64,000 nt of DNA from Actinomycetota bacterium (lineage in GTDB: Bacteria; Actinomycetota; UBA4738; HRBIN12). The notes under the pieces were generated by a model. It saw nothing but the letters and a program-made list of their open reading frames with translations. It ran no database searches and was not told the origin of the DNA. The translations under genes were made by a program, and so were the position numbers. The stretch is taken from assembly GCA_040902745.1 (NCBI GenBank), contig JBBDWR010000014.1:6374-70373 (forward strand). The letters run 5' to 3'. The stretch's first letter is position 1, and every line of letters begins with the position of its first letter. Shown one piece after another: positions 46,355-54,471 of this stretch.

Positions 46355-47789
46355 CAGCGCACCCAAGATCCTGAGCGAGGACAACCTCGACGCGATCCAC
46401 GAGCACGCGATGCAGATCCTCGAGGAGATCGGGATGGACGTGATCCACGAACCCGCTCGCGACCTCCTCGCCAAGGAGGGACAGAAGATCGACGGGGAAC
46501 GCGTGCGATTCGATCGCGGTTGGATCGCCGAGCGGGTCGCGCAGGCTCCTTCCTCGTTCACCCTCCGAGCGCGTAACCCAGAGCGCAGCGTGGTGATCGG
46601 CGGCGGAACACCGGTGCTGACCAACGTCGGCGGCCCGCCGTTCTGCTCCGACCTGGACAACGGCCGGCGCAGCGGCACGATCGAGGATCACGTGCGCCTC
46701 GTGCAGCTCACGCAGGCGGCGGGGGCGCTGACGTGCGTGCAGAGCGGCGCGGTGGAACCGGTGGAGCTACCGGTGGAGACGCGGTCGCTGGACATGGACT
46801 ACTCGGTTCTGCGCTGGACGGACAAGCCGTTCACCGGCTACGGCACCAGCGGCGCCAAGTCCGTCGACGCGATCGAGATGGCGCGGATCGCGTGCGGCGG
46901 CACGGACGTTGTCGGCGACGATCCGGTGACGATGATCATCATCAACCCGAACTCTCCGTTGATCTGGGACACGCGGATGGCCGACGCGCTGATGCGCACC
47001 GCGGCGCAGAACCAGCCAACGGTGATCACGCCGTTCCTGCTCGCGGGGGCGACGTCGCCCGTGAGCGTCGCGGGAGCACTCGCGATCCAAGTCGCGGAGG
47101 CGCTCAGCGGCGTGGCGATCGCGCAGAGCGTGCGTCCGGGAGCGCCGTGCCTGTACGGATCGTTCTTCACCGCCACCGACATGCGGACCGGCTCGCCGGC
47201 GTTCGGGACGCCGGAGTCGGTGATCGGGATCCTCGCGGGAGCTCAGGTGGCCCGGCGCTACGGGCTGCCGTTCCGCGGTGGTGGCGGGCTGGCGTCGGCC
47301 AACTCCGTCGACGGGCAGGCGGCCGCGGAGACGCAGAACATGCTCTGGGCGACGATGCTCGCCGGGACCGACTTCGTGCTGCACGCGGCGGGATGGCTGG
47401 AGGGCGGGCTGTGCGCGTCGTACGAGAAGCTCGCGCTGGATCTGGAGCTGCTGTCGATCTTCGCGAAGCTCCGAGAGGGGATCGGCTTCAGCGAGGAAGA
47501 GTTCGGCTTCGACGCGTTGGCCGAGGTCGGTCCGGGCGGGCTGTTCCTCGGCTCCCCGCACACGATGAAGCACTTCAAGGAGTGGCTGTACATGTCGCCG
47601 CTTTTCCAGACACCGGACTTCGCGACGTGGGAATCCATGGAGTCCCTTACGGTGGCCGACCGCGCGAACGTCGCGTGGAAGCAGCTGCTGGAGGGATACG
47701 AGGACCCGGGACTGGACCCCGCGATCGACGAAGAGCTGCGCGAGTACATGGACAAGCGTAAGGCGGACCCACCCGAACCGGAGGACTGA
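46341..47789 (+). CDS. MttB-superfamily methyltransferase, non-pyrrolysine type (quaternary-amine/methylamine:corrinoid methyltransferase)
   Basis: 482-aa uninterrupted ORF with no internal amber codon. Its length and TIM-barrel pattern are characteristic of the trimethylamine methyltransferase family (Pfam PF06253). Translationally coupled to DUF1638. Confidence 0.8.
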   Translation: MFDRDSAPKILSEDNLDAIHEHAMQILEEIGMDVIHEPARDLLAKEGQKIDGERVRFDRGWIAERVAQAPSSFTLRARNPERSVVIGGGTPVLTNVGGPPFCSDLDNGRRSGTIEDHVRLVQLTQAAGALTCVQSGAVEPVELPVETRSLDMDYSVLRWTDKPFTGYGTSGAKSVDAIEMARIACGGTDVVGDDPVTMIIINPNSPLIWDTRMADALMRTAAQNQPTVITPFLLAGATSPVSVAGALAIQVAEALSGVAIAQSVRPGAPCLYGSFFTATDMRTGSPAFGTPESVIGILAGAQVARRYGLPFRGGGGLASANSVDGQAAAETQNMLWATMLAGTDFVLHAAGWLEGGLCASYEKLALDLELLSIFAKLREGIGFSEEEFGFDALAEVGPGGLFLGSPHTMKHFKEWLYMSPLFQTPDFATWESMESLTVADRANVAWKQLLEGYEDPGLDPAIDEELREYMDKRKADPPEPED

Positions 47790-47821
47790 GCGCCTTTCGG
47801 TCGGCGATGCTCGCCAGACCG

Positions 47822-47940
47822 TTGACGAGATCGCGGGAGGCTCTCGGGTCGCAGCGTCAACCTGTTGACGAACATTTCGTAAACGGGTTGACCGTATCGT
47901 GAGTGCGGGACAGGCGGGTGGCTCGTCAACAAGCTGACCG
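47822..47940. repeat. cluster of GTTGACG/CGTCAAC heptamers including two palindromic sites
   Basis: GTTGACG at 47822-47828. Palindrome CGTCAAC-ct-GTTGACG at 47856-47871. GTTGACC at 47888-47894. CGTCAAC-aa-GCTGACC at 47925-47940. All lie in a 177-bp convergent intergenic region. Confidence 0.5.
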
Positions 47941-47966
47941 GGCACGTGGCGGACCCTGCCCGGTCT

Positions 47967-48392
47967 TCAACCCTTGGTGATCTGGGCCTTCGCGCGCTCA
48001 ACGGCCATGCACCGATCCTCGACGTAGTCGATACCGGCTTCGTCCGCGATGCGCCGCGCGTCGTCGGAGACGATCCCCTGCTGGAGCCAGATCGCGTCCG
48101 TGCCGATCGCGACCGCTTGCCGGGCGACCTCCGCGGCGTCCTCGGACGGGCGGAACACATCGACCATGTCCACGTGCTCGGGGATGTCGGCGAGCGTCGG
48201 GTATGACTTCTCGCCGAACAGTTCATCGACGAGCGGGTTCACCGGGATGATCCGGAACCCGGCCGCCTGCATCGCCATCGGGACGGAGTGCGCGGACTTG
48301 TCCGGACTCCGAGAGGCGCCGACGACGGCGATCGTCGTCGACCTGCGCAGGATGCGCTCGGGGAGTTCCTCGTCGATCGCCATGCCGGTCAC
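47967..48392 (-). CDS. CoA-binding domain protein
   Basis: 141 aa. Rossmann-like motif IAVVGASRSPDKSAHSV typical of YccU/CoA_binding_2. Confidence 0.75.
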   Translation of the reverse strand: MTGMAIDEELPERILRRSTTIAVVGASRSPDKSAHSVPMAMQAAGFRIIPVNPLVDELFGEKSYPTLADIPEHVDMVDVFRPSEDAAEVARQAVAIGTDAIWLQQGIVSDDARRIADEAGIDYVEDRCMAVERAKAQITKG

Positions 48393-48432
48393 AACCTCCC
48401 GGATCCCCGGCGTGTTCCCCCGCCGGACCGGA

Positions 48433-49089
48433 TCAGCAACACCCGTGCCCGCGCCAGGTCAGGCGCGCCTCGCGGGTGATGTAGACGGCCATCGCGAGCG
48501 CGGCGACCGGGTCGGCCCACCACCAACCGAACAGCCCGTTGAGTCCGACGCCCACGAGCACGCCGAGGGAGAGCCACCAGCACGCCTCGGTCTGGAAGGC
48601 GTCCGCCTCGAGCGCATGCGAGTGCATCGCGGTCGCGACGCGGCGCTTCGCCCGGGCGAGCCACCACATCAGCGCCATCGACACGAGGGCAAGGACGATA
48701 CCGGCGATGCTGGGTTCCGGTTCCTCGCGTGCGACCAACGTCCGTACACCATCGAACGCGATCCACGCGGCCAGGGCGAAAAGGGACGCGGCGACCAGAC
48801 GTTGCGCGCGACGCTCGACCTGCGCGATGCGCAGCGCCTCGCCCGTGGAGCGCTCGGCGAGGAGCCGCCACACGATGACGCCGCCCGAAGCACTTTCCAC
48901 GAAGCTGTCGATACCGAACCCGAGGAGCGCGACGGATCCCGCGGCCACGGCGAGCGATACGCCCACGACCCCCTCCACCAGGTTCCATCCGATCGTCAGC
49001 GCCTCGAGCCCGAGGGCCCGGCGCAGAAGTGCATGCCGACCTGCGGAGCCGGGGACCGGAACCGGCGGTGACAGGGGATCGGTGGACAT
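48433..49089 (-). CDS. cation diffusion facilitator family membrane protein (TM domain only)
   Basis: 218 aa, about 6 TM helices, with Asp/His-containing TM motifs (GFGIDSFVESASG, HALEADAF). No C-terminal cytoplasmic domain. Confidence 0.6.
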   Translation of the reverse strand: MSTDPLSPPVPVPGSAGRHALLRRALGLEALTIGWNLVEGVVGVSLAVAAGSVALLGFGIDSFVESASGGVIVWRLLAERSTGEALRIAQVERRAQRLVAASLFALAAWIAFDGVRTLVAREEPEPSIAGIVLALVSMALMWWLARAKRRVATAMHSHALEADAFQTEACWWLSLGVLVGVGLNGLFGWWWADPVAALAMAVYITREARLTWRGHGCC

Positions 49090-49132
49090 GCTCCGATGGT
49101 CTCAGGAATCGATGAGAACGCGCACCACCCGA

Positions 49133-49147
49133 GAACGGGACCCGTTC
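49133..49147. promoter_or_regulatory. perfect palindrome GAACGGG-A-CCCGTTC upstream of the CDF gene
   Basis: 7-1-7 inverted repeat, 44 nt upstream of the minus-strand CDF start, inside the divergent CDF/sirA intergenic region. Confidence 0.35.
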
Positions 49148-49215
49148 CCGGGGAAGGATCTGCGCCGGTGCGAGGTTCCTGCACCATGGACACGATGGGA
49201 GTCCGCGGTCGCTCC

Positions 49216-49258
49216 TTGACGGTCTTTGCAGGTCGGGCGTACAGTTTGCACCTGCAAA
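49216..49258 (+). promoter_or_regulatory. candidate promoter with overlapping 9-bp inverted repeat (operator) for the sulfur assimilation operon
   Basis: TTGACG (49216-49221), 18 nt, then TACAGT (49240-45). Inverted repeat TTTGCAGGT (49225-33) / ACCTGCAAA (49250-58) overlaps the -10 element. A ~230-nt leader follows before the sirA ATG. Confidence 0.45.
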
Positions 49259-49483
49259 TCCCACTGGAGAGGTGGATATTCTCGTGATCCGCACACGCAC
49301 CGCCGGGCTGGTGGGGGCGATGATGCCCAGCCGTCTGTGTTGTCGTGTATTCCCCCGCGTCCGCACGACGGACGCTCGGGGGCGCGAGCGGTAGCCACCT
49401 TCTGCATCCGGGATCATCGTGGGGCCGCGTGAGCGGCCCTTTCGCATTCCAGGCCCAGCACCCGACAACGAGGCGCACGAGCC

Positions 49484-51193
49484 ATGGCAGACGAGCAACA
49501 GCCACGACCACAGCGGACCAAGCCCCGTCCTCGAGGACAGGGCCAGTGGGGCCTGGGCTACCACGAGCCCCTGAACGTCGCCGAGCAGATCAAGAAGGAA
49601 GACGACGGCCTCAACGTTCGTGAGCGGATCGAGCGGATCTACGCGCAACAAGGGTTCCGCTCGATCACGAAGCAGGACCTGCGCAACCGCATGCGGTGGT
49701 GGGGGCTGTACACGCAGCGTCGCCAGGGCGTTCCCGGTGGACGGACGGGGTCGGCGGAGCCCGAGGAGCTCGAGGACGAGTTCTTCATGCTGCGGATCCG
49801 CATGTCCGGCGGGCTGCTGACCTCCGAGCAGCTGCGGGCGGTGGGCGAGATCTCCTCCCGCTACGGCAGGGACGTCGCGGACGTCACCGACCGCCAGAAC
49901 GTGCAGCTGCACTGGATCCGGATCGAAGACGTGCCTGCGATCTGGGAGCGGCTCGAGGGTGTGGGGCTGTCCACCCAGGAGGCCTGCGGCGATACGCCTC
50001 GTGTGATGCTCGGGTGCCCGCTGGCGGGGGTCGATCGAACCGAGATCCTGGACGCCACGCCGGCGATCTTGGAGACGGAGTCCCGCTACATCGGCGACCC
50101 GGCCTTCAGCAACCTGCCGCGCAAGTTCAAGACCTCCATCTCCGGCTGCCGTCAGCAGTGCGCGCAACACGAGATCAACGACGTGTCCTTCGTCGGCGTG
50201 GAACGCCCGGACGGTTCCACCGGGTTCGACCTGTGGGTCGGCGGCGGGCTGTCGACCAGCCCACACATCGCGCAGCGCCTCGGCGTGTTCGTCGAGCCGG
50301 CTCGCGTTCCCGACGTCTGGGCGGGGGTCACCGGCGCGTTCCGCGACTACGGGTACCGGCGCACGCGCAACCGCGCGCGACTCAAGTTCCTCATGGCCGA
50401 CTGGGGTGCCGAGCGGTTCCGTGAGGTGCTCGAGAAGGAGTACCTCCAGGGTGCGCTGCCCGACGGGGATGCTCCGCCCACCTCGCTTTCGGCGCAGCGC
50501 GACCACGTGGGCGTGTTCGAACAACACGACGGCAAGGTCTACGTGGGCTTCGCGCCCAAGGCGGGGCGCACCTTCGGGCACCAGCTTTCCCTGGTCGCCG
50601 ACCTTGCATCGGAGTTCGGACAGGGACGGATCCGCACGACCACGCAGCAGAAGCTCGTGATCCTCGACGTGGATCCCGGGCGCGCGGACGAGCTGGTTGC
50701 CGAGCTGGACAAGGTCGACCTGCGCGCGCGGCCGAGCACCTTCCGCAAGGGGATGATGGCCTGCACCGGGATCGAGTTCTGCAAGCTGGCGATCACCGAG
50801 ACCAAGGGCCGGGCCCAACAGCTCTACACCGAGCTCGAGGAGCGGATGCCGGACTTCGACGAGGAGATCCGCATCCACGTGAACGGTTGCCCGAACAGCT
50901 GCGCGCGCTTCCAGGTCGCCGACATCGGCCTGATGGGCTGCCAGCTCACGCGGCCGGACGGCACGCGCTCGGAGGGGTTCTTGATCCACCTGGGCGGTGG
51001 ACTCGGCGAGCAGCCGGGCTTCGGGCGCAAGGTCAAGGGCGTGCGGATCTTCGCGGAGGACGCGACCGACTACGTCGAATCGTTGCTGCGCCGGTACGGC
51101 CATCGGCGCAACGGGCACGAGAGCTTCGCCGGGTTCGTCCGGTCGCTGTCCGAGGAAGAGCTCGCGCGGTTCGCGAGACCGGAGGGCCGCTGA
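49484..51193 (+). CDS. sirA: ferredoxin-dependent sulfite reductase (NirA/SirA type, siroheme-[4Fe-4S])
   Basis: 569 aa. Nitrite/sulfite reductase ferredoxin-like half-domains. Cys cluster CTGIEFC...C and NGCPNSC siroheme/4Fe-4S ligands. Confidence 0.9.
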   Translation: MADEQQPRPQRTKPRPRGQGQWGLGYHEPLNVAEQIKKEDDGLNVRERIERIYAQQGFRSITKQDLRNRMRWWGLYTQRRQGVPGGRTGSAEPEELEDEFFMLRIRMSGGLLTSEQLRAVGEISSRYGRDVADVTDRQNVQLHWIRIEDVPAIWERLEGVGLSTQEACGDTPRVMLGCPLAGVDRTEILDATPAILETESRYIGDPAFSNLPRKFKTSISGCRQQCAQHEINDVSFVGVERPDGSTGFDLWVGGGLSTSPHIAQRLGVFVEPARVPDVWAGVTGAFRDYGYRRTRNRARLKFLMADWGAERFREVLEKEYLQGALPDGDAPPTSLSAQRDHVGVFEQHDGKVYVGFAPKAGRTFGHQLSLVADLASEFGQGRIRTTTQQKLVILDVDPGRADELVAELDKVDLRARPSTFRKGMMACTGIEFCKLAITETKGRAQQLYTELEERMPDFDEEIRIHVNGCPNSCARFQVADIGLMGCQLTRPDGTRSEGFLIHLGGGLGEQPGFGRKVKGVRIFAEDATDYVESLLRRYGHRRNGHESFAGFVRSLSEEELARFARPEGR

Positions 51194-51345
51194 TGGCCTC
51201 CGGTACCCCGCGCGCCGTTCCCTTCTACTGTCCGTTCTGCGGCGAGCAGGACCTCCGCCCGGTGGACCCGAGCGGGTGGCACTGCCAGATCTGCGACCGG
51301 AACTTCGACCTGAGCTTCACCGGACTCGGGGAGAACCCGCGATGA
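51193..51345 (+). CDS. small zinc-ribbon protein (CysX-like) between sirA and cysH
   Basis: 50 aa. ATG overlaps the sirA stop (ATGA), and its stop overlaps the cysH ATG. CPFC...CQIC four-Cys ribbon. Confidence 0.65.
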   Translation: MASGTPRAVPFYCPFCGEQDLRPVDPSGWHCQICDRNFDLSFTGLGENPR

Positions 51346-52226
51346 GTGCCAACGACCCGCACGAACCGATCCACGAACCGGCGTTGCCCGTCTTCGACGA
51401 GGAGGCGCGCACGATCCACGAGGCGGCCGATCGTTTCGAACACGCGAGCGCGCAGGAACTGCTCGCGTGGGCGCTCGAACGCTTCCACCCGAAGATGGCG
51501 ATCTCGGCCGCGGGTGGCGTAGACGGCATGGCGATCATCGACATGGCCTGGAAGATCAACCCCCAGATCCGTGTGTTCACCCTGGACACGGGCCGGCTTC
51601 CGCCGGAGACCTACGCACTGTTCGAGGAGATCCGCGAGAGGTACGCGATCAAGGTCGAGTTCGAGTTCCCGGAGCGCACCGCCGTAGAGCAGATGATGTT
51701 CGTGTCCGGGCCGAACCTCATGTACCGCAGCGTCGAGGACCGGCTGTCGTGCTGCGAGATCCGCAAGGTGGAGCCGCTCAAGCGCAAACTCGCCACGCTG
51801 GACGCGTGGGTCGCCGGGTTGCGCCGCGACCAGTGGAAGACACGCAAGGCGATCGCGAAGGTCGAGCTGGACCGCGACCACGGCGGCATCGTGAAGCTGA
51901 ACCCGCTGGCCGACTGGAGTCAGAACGAGGTGTGGGACTACGTCCGCAAGAACGAGGTCCCCTACCACGAGCTGTTCGACCACGGGTACAGCTCGATCGG
52001 CTGCATCCCGTGCACCCGCCCCGTGCAACCGGGCGAGGACGAACGCGCCGGCCGTTGGTGGTGGGAGCAGGACACCGACAAGGAGTGCGGCATCCACTGC
52101 TCCGTCCAGCTGCTCGGGACCAAGACCGACGGCGAACGCGAGCACGAACGGGCGGCGATCGATGCCGACGCACTGACTCAGCACTCCCCCGGCGGCGGTC
52201 CGTCCGAGCCCGGCGGGGAGGGATAG
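51342..52226 (+). CDS. cysH: adenylyl-sulfate/phosphoadenylyl-sulfate reductase (thioredoxin-dependent, Fe-S type)
   Basis: PP-loop-like motif ISAAGGVDGMAII. Catalytic ECGIH. Fe-S ligands CC...C..C, typical of actinobacterial APS reductases. Confidence 0.9.
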   Translation: MSANDPHEPIHEPALPVFDEEARTIHEAADRFEHASAQELLAWALERFHPKMAISAAGGVDGMAIIDMAWKINPQIRVFTLDTGRLPPETYALFEEIRERYAIKVEFEFPERTAVEQMMFVSGPNLMYRSVEDRLSCCEIRKVEPLKRKLATLDAWVAGLRRDQWKTRKAIAKVELDRDHGGIVKLNPLADWSQNEVWDYVRKNEVPYHELFDHGYSSIGCIPCTRPVQPGEDERAGRWWWEQDTDKECGIHCSVQLLGTKTDGEREHERAAIDADALTQHSPGGGPSEPGGEG

Positions 52227-52228
52227 TC

Positions 52229-52879
52229 ATGCCCTTCGGGTTCCCCGTGCTGCTGGAACTCGCTGAGCGCCCGGTCGTCGTGATCGGCGCCGACGCGGTG
52301 CGGGAGCGTCGGGTCCGTCAGTTGCTGGAGTCCGGCGCGACGGATGTGGTGGTGATCGTCGACGGCGATGTTGAGGTCGCCGAAGAAGCCGATGAGCGCG
52401 TGCACGTCCACCGGCGCGCGTGGCGTCCCTCGGACCTGGATGGTGCGTGCCTGTGTCTCGCCGCGTCTCGCGACGCGACGGAGCGGGGAGCGCTCGCGGC
52501 CGCGGCTCGGGAGCGGGGCGTGCTCGTGAACGTGAACGACGACATCCCACGGTGCGACTTCGCGATGCCGGCGATCGTGCGCCGCGGCGAGCTGCTGCTC
52601 GCGATCGGCACCGGCGGCGCGTCGCCAGCGCTATCGCGCAAGCTGCGCGAGGAGCTCGGCGGCCGGTTCGGGCCGGAGTGGGAGGAGATCCTCCGCGTGC
52701 TTCGCGAGGTGCGGGAGGAGACGATCGGCGCCCTTCCCGACTTCTCCGACCGGGCGCGGCGCTGGCGCGAGGCGCTCGACACCGACGAGGCGGAGAAACT
52801 CGTGAGCGCCGGACGCTCGGACGAGCTGGCCGACCGGCTGCGATCGCGCCTGCTCGCGGGTCGCGAGGAATCGTCGTGA
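52229..52879 (+). CDS. precorrin-2 dehydrogenase / sirohydrochlorin ferrochelatase (CysG N-terminal-like, SirC/Met8 type)
   Basis: NAD-binding Rossmann motif VVVIGADAVRERRV at the N-terminus. 216 aa. ATG lies 2 nt after the cysH stop. Confidence 0.8.
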   Translation: MPFGFPVLLELAERPVVVIGADAVRERRVRQLLESGATDVVVIVDGDVEVAEEADERVHVHRRAWRPSDLDGACLCLAASRDATERGALAAAARERGVLVNVNDDIPRCDFAMPAIVRRGELLLAIGTGGASPALSRKLREELGGRFGPEWEEILRVLREVREETIGALPDFSDRARRWREALDTDEAEKLVSAGRSDELADRLRSRLLAGREESS

Positions 52880-53640
52880 CCGGCCGGGTGATCCTGGTCG
52901 GCGCGGGCCCGGGTGATCCGGAGCTGATCACCGTGCGCGGTGCACGGGTGCTCGCCGAAGCCGACGTGGTCGTCTACGACCGACTCGCCCCGCCGGAGCT
53001 GCTGGACCTCGCTCCCGACGCCGAACGCCTCTACGTCGGCAAGGAACCGGGCACGTCGGCGATGAAGCAGGAGCAGATCGGAGAACTGCTCGTGGCACGC
53101 GCGCTCGCAGGCCAGGTCGTCGTTCGCCTGAAAGGCGGCGACCCCTTCGTGTTCGGCCGCGGCGGCGAGGAGATGCTCGCGTGCGTTGACGCGGGCGTCC
53201 CCTGCGAGGTGGTTCCCGGCGTGACGAGTGCCGTAGCCGCTCCCGCCCTGGCAGGGATCCCCGTGACCCACCGCGGGATCGCGCAGAGTTTCGCGGTGGT
53301 CACCGCCAGCACCGCGCATGGCGACGACGTCGATCTCGCCCGCGTCGCCACGGCAGTCGACACGTTGGTGATCCTGATGGCCGCGAGCAAGCTCGAAGCC
53401 GTGTGTGCGGAGCTGGTCGCCGCAGGCCGCGACCCAGCCGAGCCGGCCGCGATCGTCCAGTGGGCGGGAACGCCGGAGCAACGCTCGCTTACCGGCAGCT
53501 TGCGCGATCTTCCCACGCTGGCCGCCGCCGCATCGATCGGCCCGCCGGCGACGCTGGTCGTCGGAGCGGTCGCGAGCCTCGCACGGCGCCCGTTAGACGA
53601 TCCGCACGCCGAACCAGAACGTCACGCTGCTCCGCGCTGA
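52876..53640 (+). CDS. cobA: uroporphyrinogen-III C-methyltransferase (SUMT)
   Basis: GTG start overlaps the upstream stop. SUMT motifs VILVGAGPGDPELITVRG and VVRLKGGDPFVFGRGGEE. Confidence 0.9.
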   Translation: MTGRVILVGAGPGDPELITVRGARVLAEADVVVYDRLAPPELLDLAPDAERLYVGKEPGTSAMKQEQIGELLVARALAGQVVVRLKGGDPFVFGRGGEEMLACVDAGVPCEVVPGVTSAVAAPALAGIPVTHRGIAQSFAVVTASTAHGDDVDLARVATAVDTLVILMAASKLEAVCAELVAAGRDPAEPAAIVQWAGTPEQRSLTGSLRDLPTLAAAASIGPPATLVVGAVASLARRPLDDPHAEPERHAAPR

Positions 53641-53681
53641 CGTGAGCTGATCCGGTCGGCTCTCCGTGTAGCCTGCCCGTC

Positions 53682-54470
53682 ATGCCTGACGACGAGTTGC
53701 TACAGCGAGCGCTGGCGTTTCAGCTAGGGATCTCCGAACGGGAGTCCACCCGCACGGAACCCTTCCGGTGGGGGACGGCGTACTTCAACGACGATGTACC
53801 CGCCTCCTACGACCACAACTTCCTCGACGTCGAGATGGCGGTGCCGGGCGTCGCGCCCGAGGAGATCCTCGCCGAGGCCGACCGGATGCAAGGGGACGTC
53901 GGACTCACACACCGAGAGATGCGCCTGCTCTCCTACGAGGACGGTGAGCGGATGGCGCCGGCGTTCCGAGGACCCGGCTGGCGCGTGGAGCGCAACCTCT
54001 ACATGGCGATGCTCGCAGAACCTGAGGACGCGCCCGACACCTCCGCGGTGCGCGCCGCGACATGGGAGCAGACCCGGCCCGCGGTCGAGATCACCACGCG
54101 GCGAGCGCCGTATGCCACGAGCGACGCGGTGGCTCGGCAGCTGATCGACCGCGCGTTGATCACGATGGGTGCGATCGATACACGGTTCCTCGTTTCGGAG
54201 ATCGACGGGCAGGTCGCCAGCTACTGCCACCTGTACTCGGATGGGAGCGCGGCGCAGGTCGAGGACGTGAACACCCTTGACGAGTACCGGGGGCGCGGGC
54301 TCGCACAGGCGACCGTGTGGGCGGCGGTCGAACTGGCACGCTCGGAAGACCACGACTTCATCTGGCTGATCGCCGACGAGGACGACTGGCCACAGCACCT
54401 CTACCGCAAGCTCGGCTTCCGCGACATCGGTCGCACGATCTGGTTCGTGCGCGCCGGCACGCACGAGTGA
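53682..54470 (+). CDS. GNAT family N-acetyltransferase
   Basis: 262 aa. C-terminal acetyl-CoA motif YRGRGLAQATV. Confidence 0.6.
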   Translation: MPDDELLQRALAFQLGISERESTRTEPFRWGTAYFNDDVPASYDHNFLDVEMAVPGVAPEEILAEADRMQGDVGLTHREMRLLSYEDGERMAPAFRGPGWRVERNLYMAMLAEPEDAPDTSAVRAATWEQTRPAVEITTRRAPYATSDAVARQLIDRALITMGAIDTRFLVSEIDGQVASYCHLYSDGSAAQVEDVNTLDEYRGRGLAQATVWAAVELARSEDHDFIWLIADEDDWPQHLYRKLGFRDIGRTIWFVRAGTHE

Positions 54471-54471
54471 C

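Noticed and set aside
48389-51118. 909-aa minus-strand ORF antisense to CDF/sirA
   Set aside because: Crosses a divergent promoter region and two real genes. No motifs.
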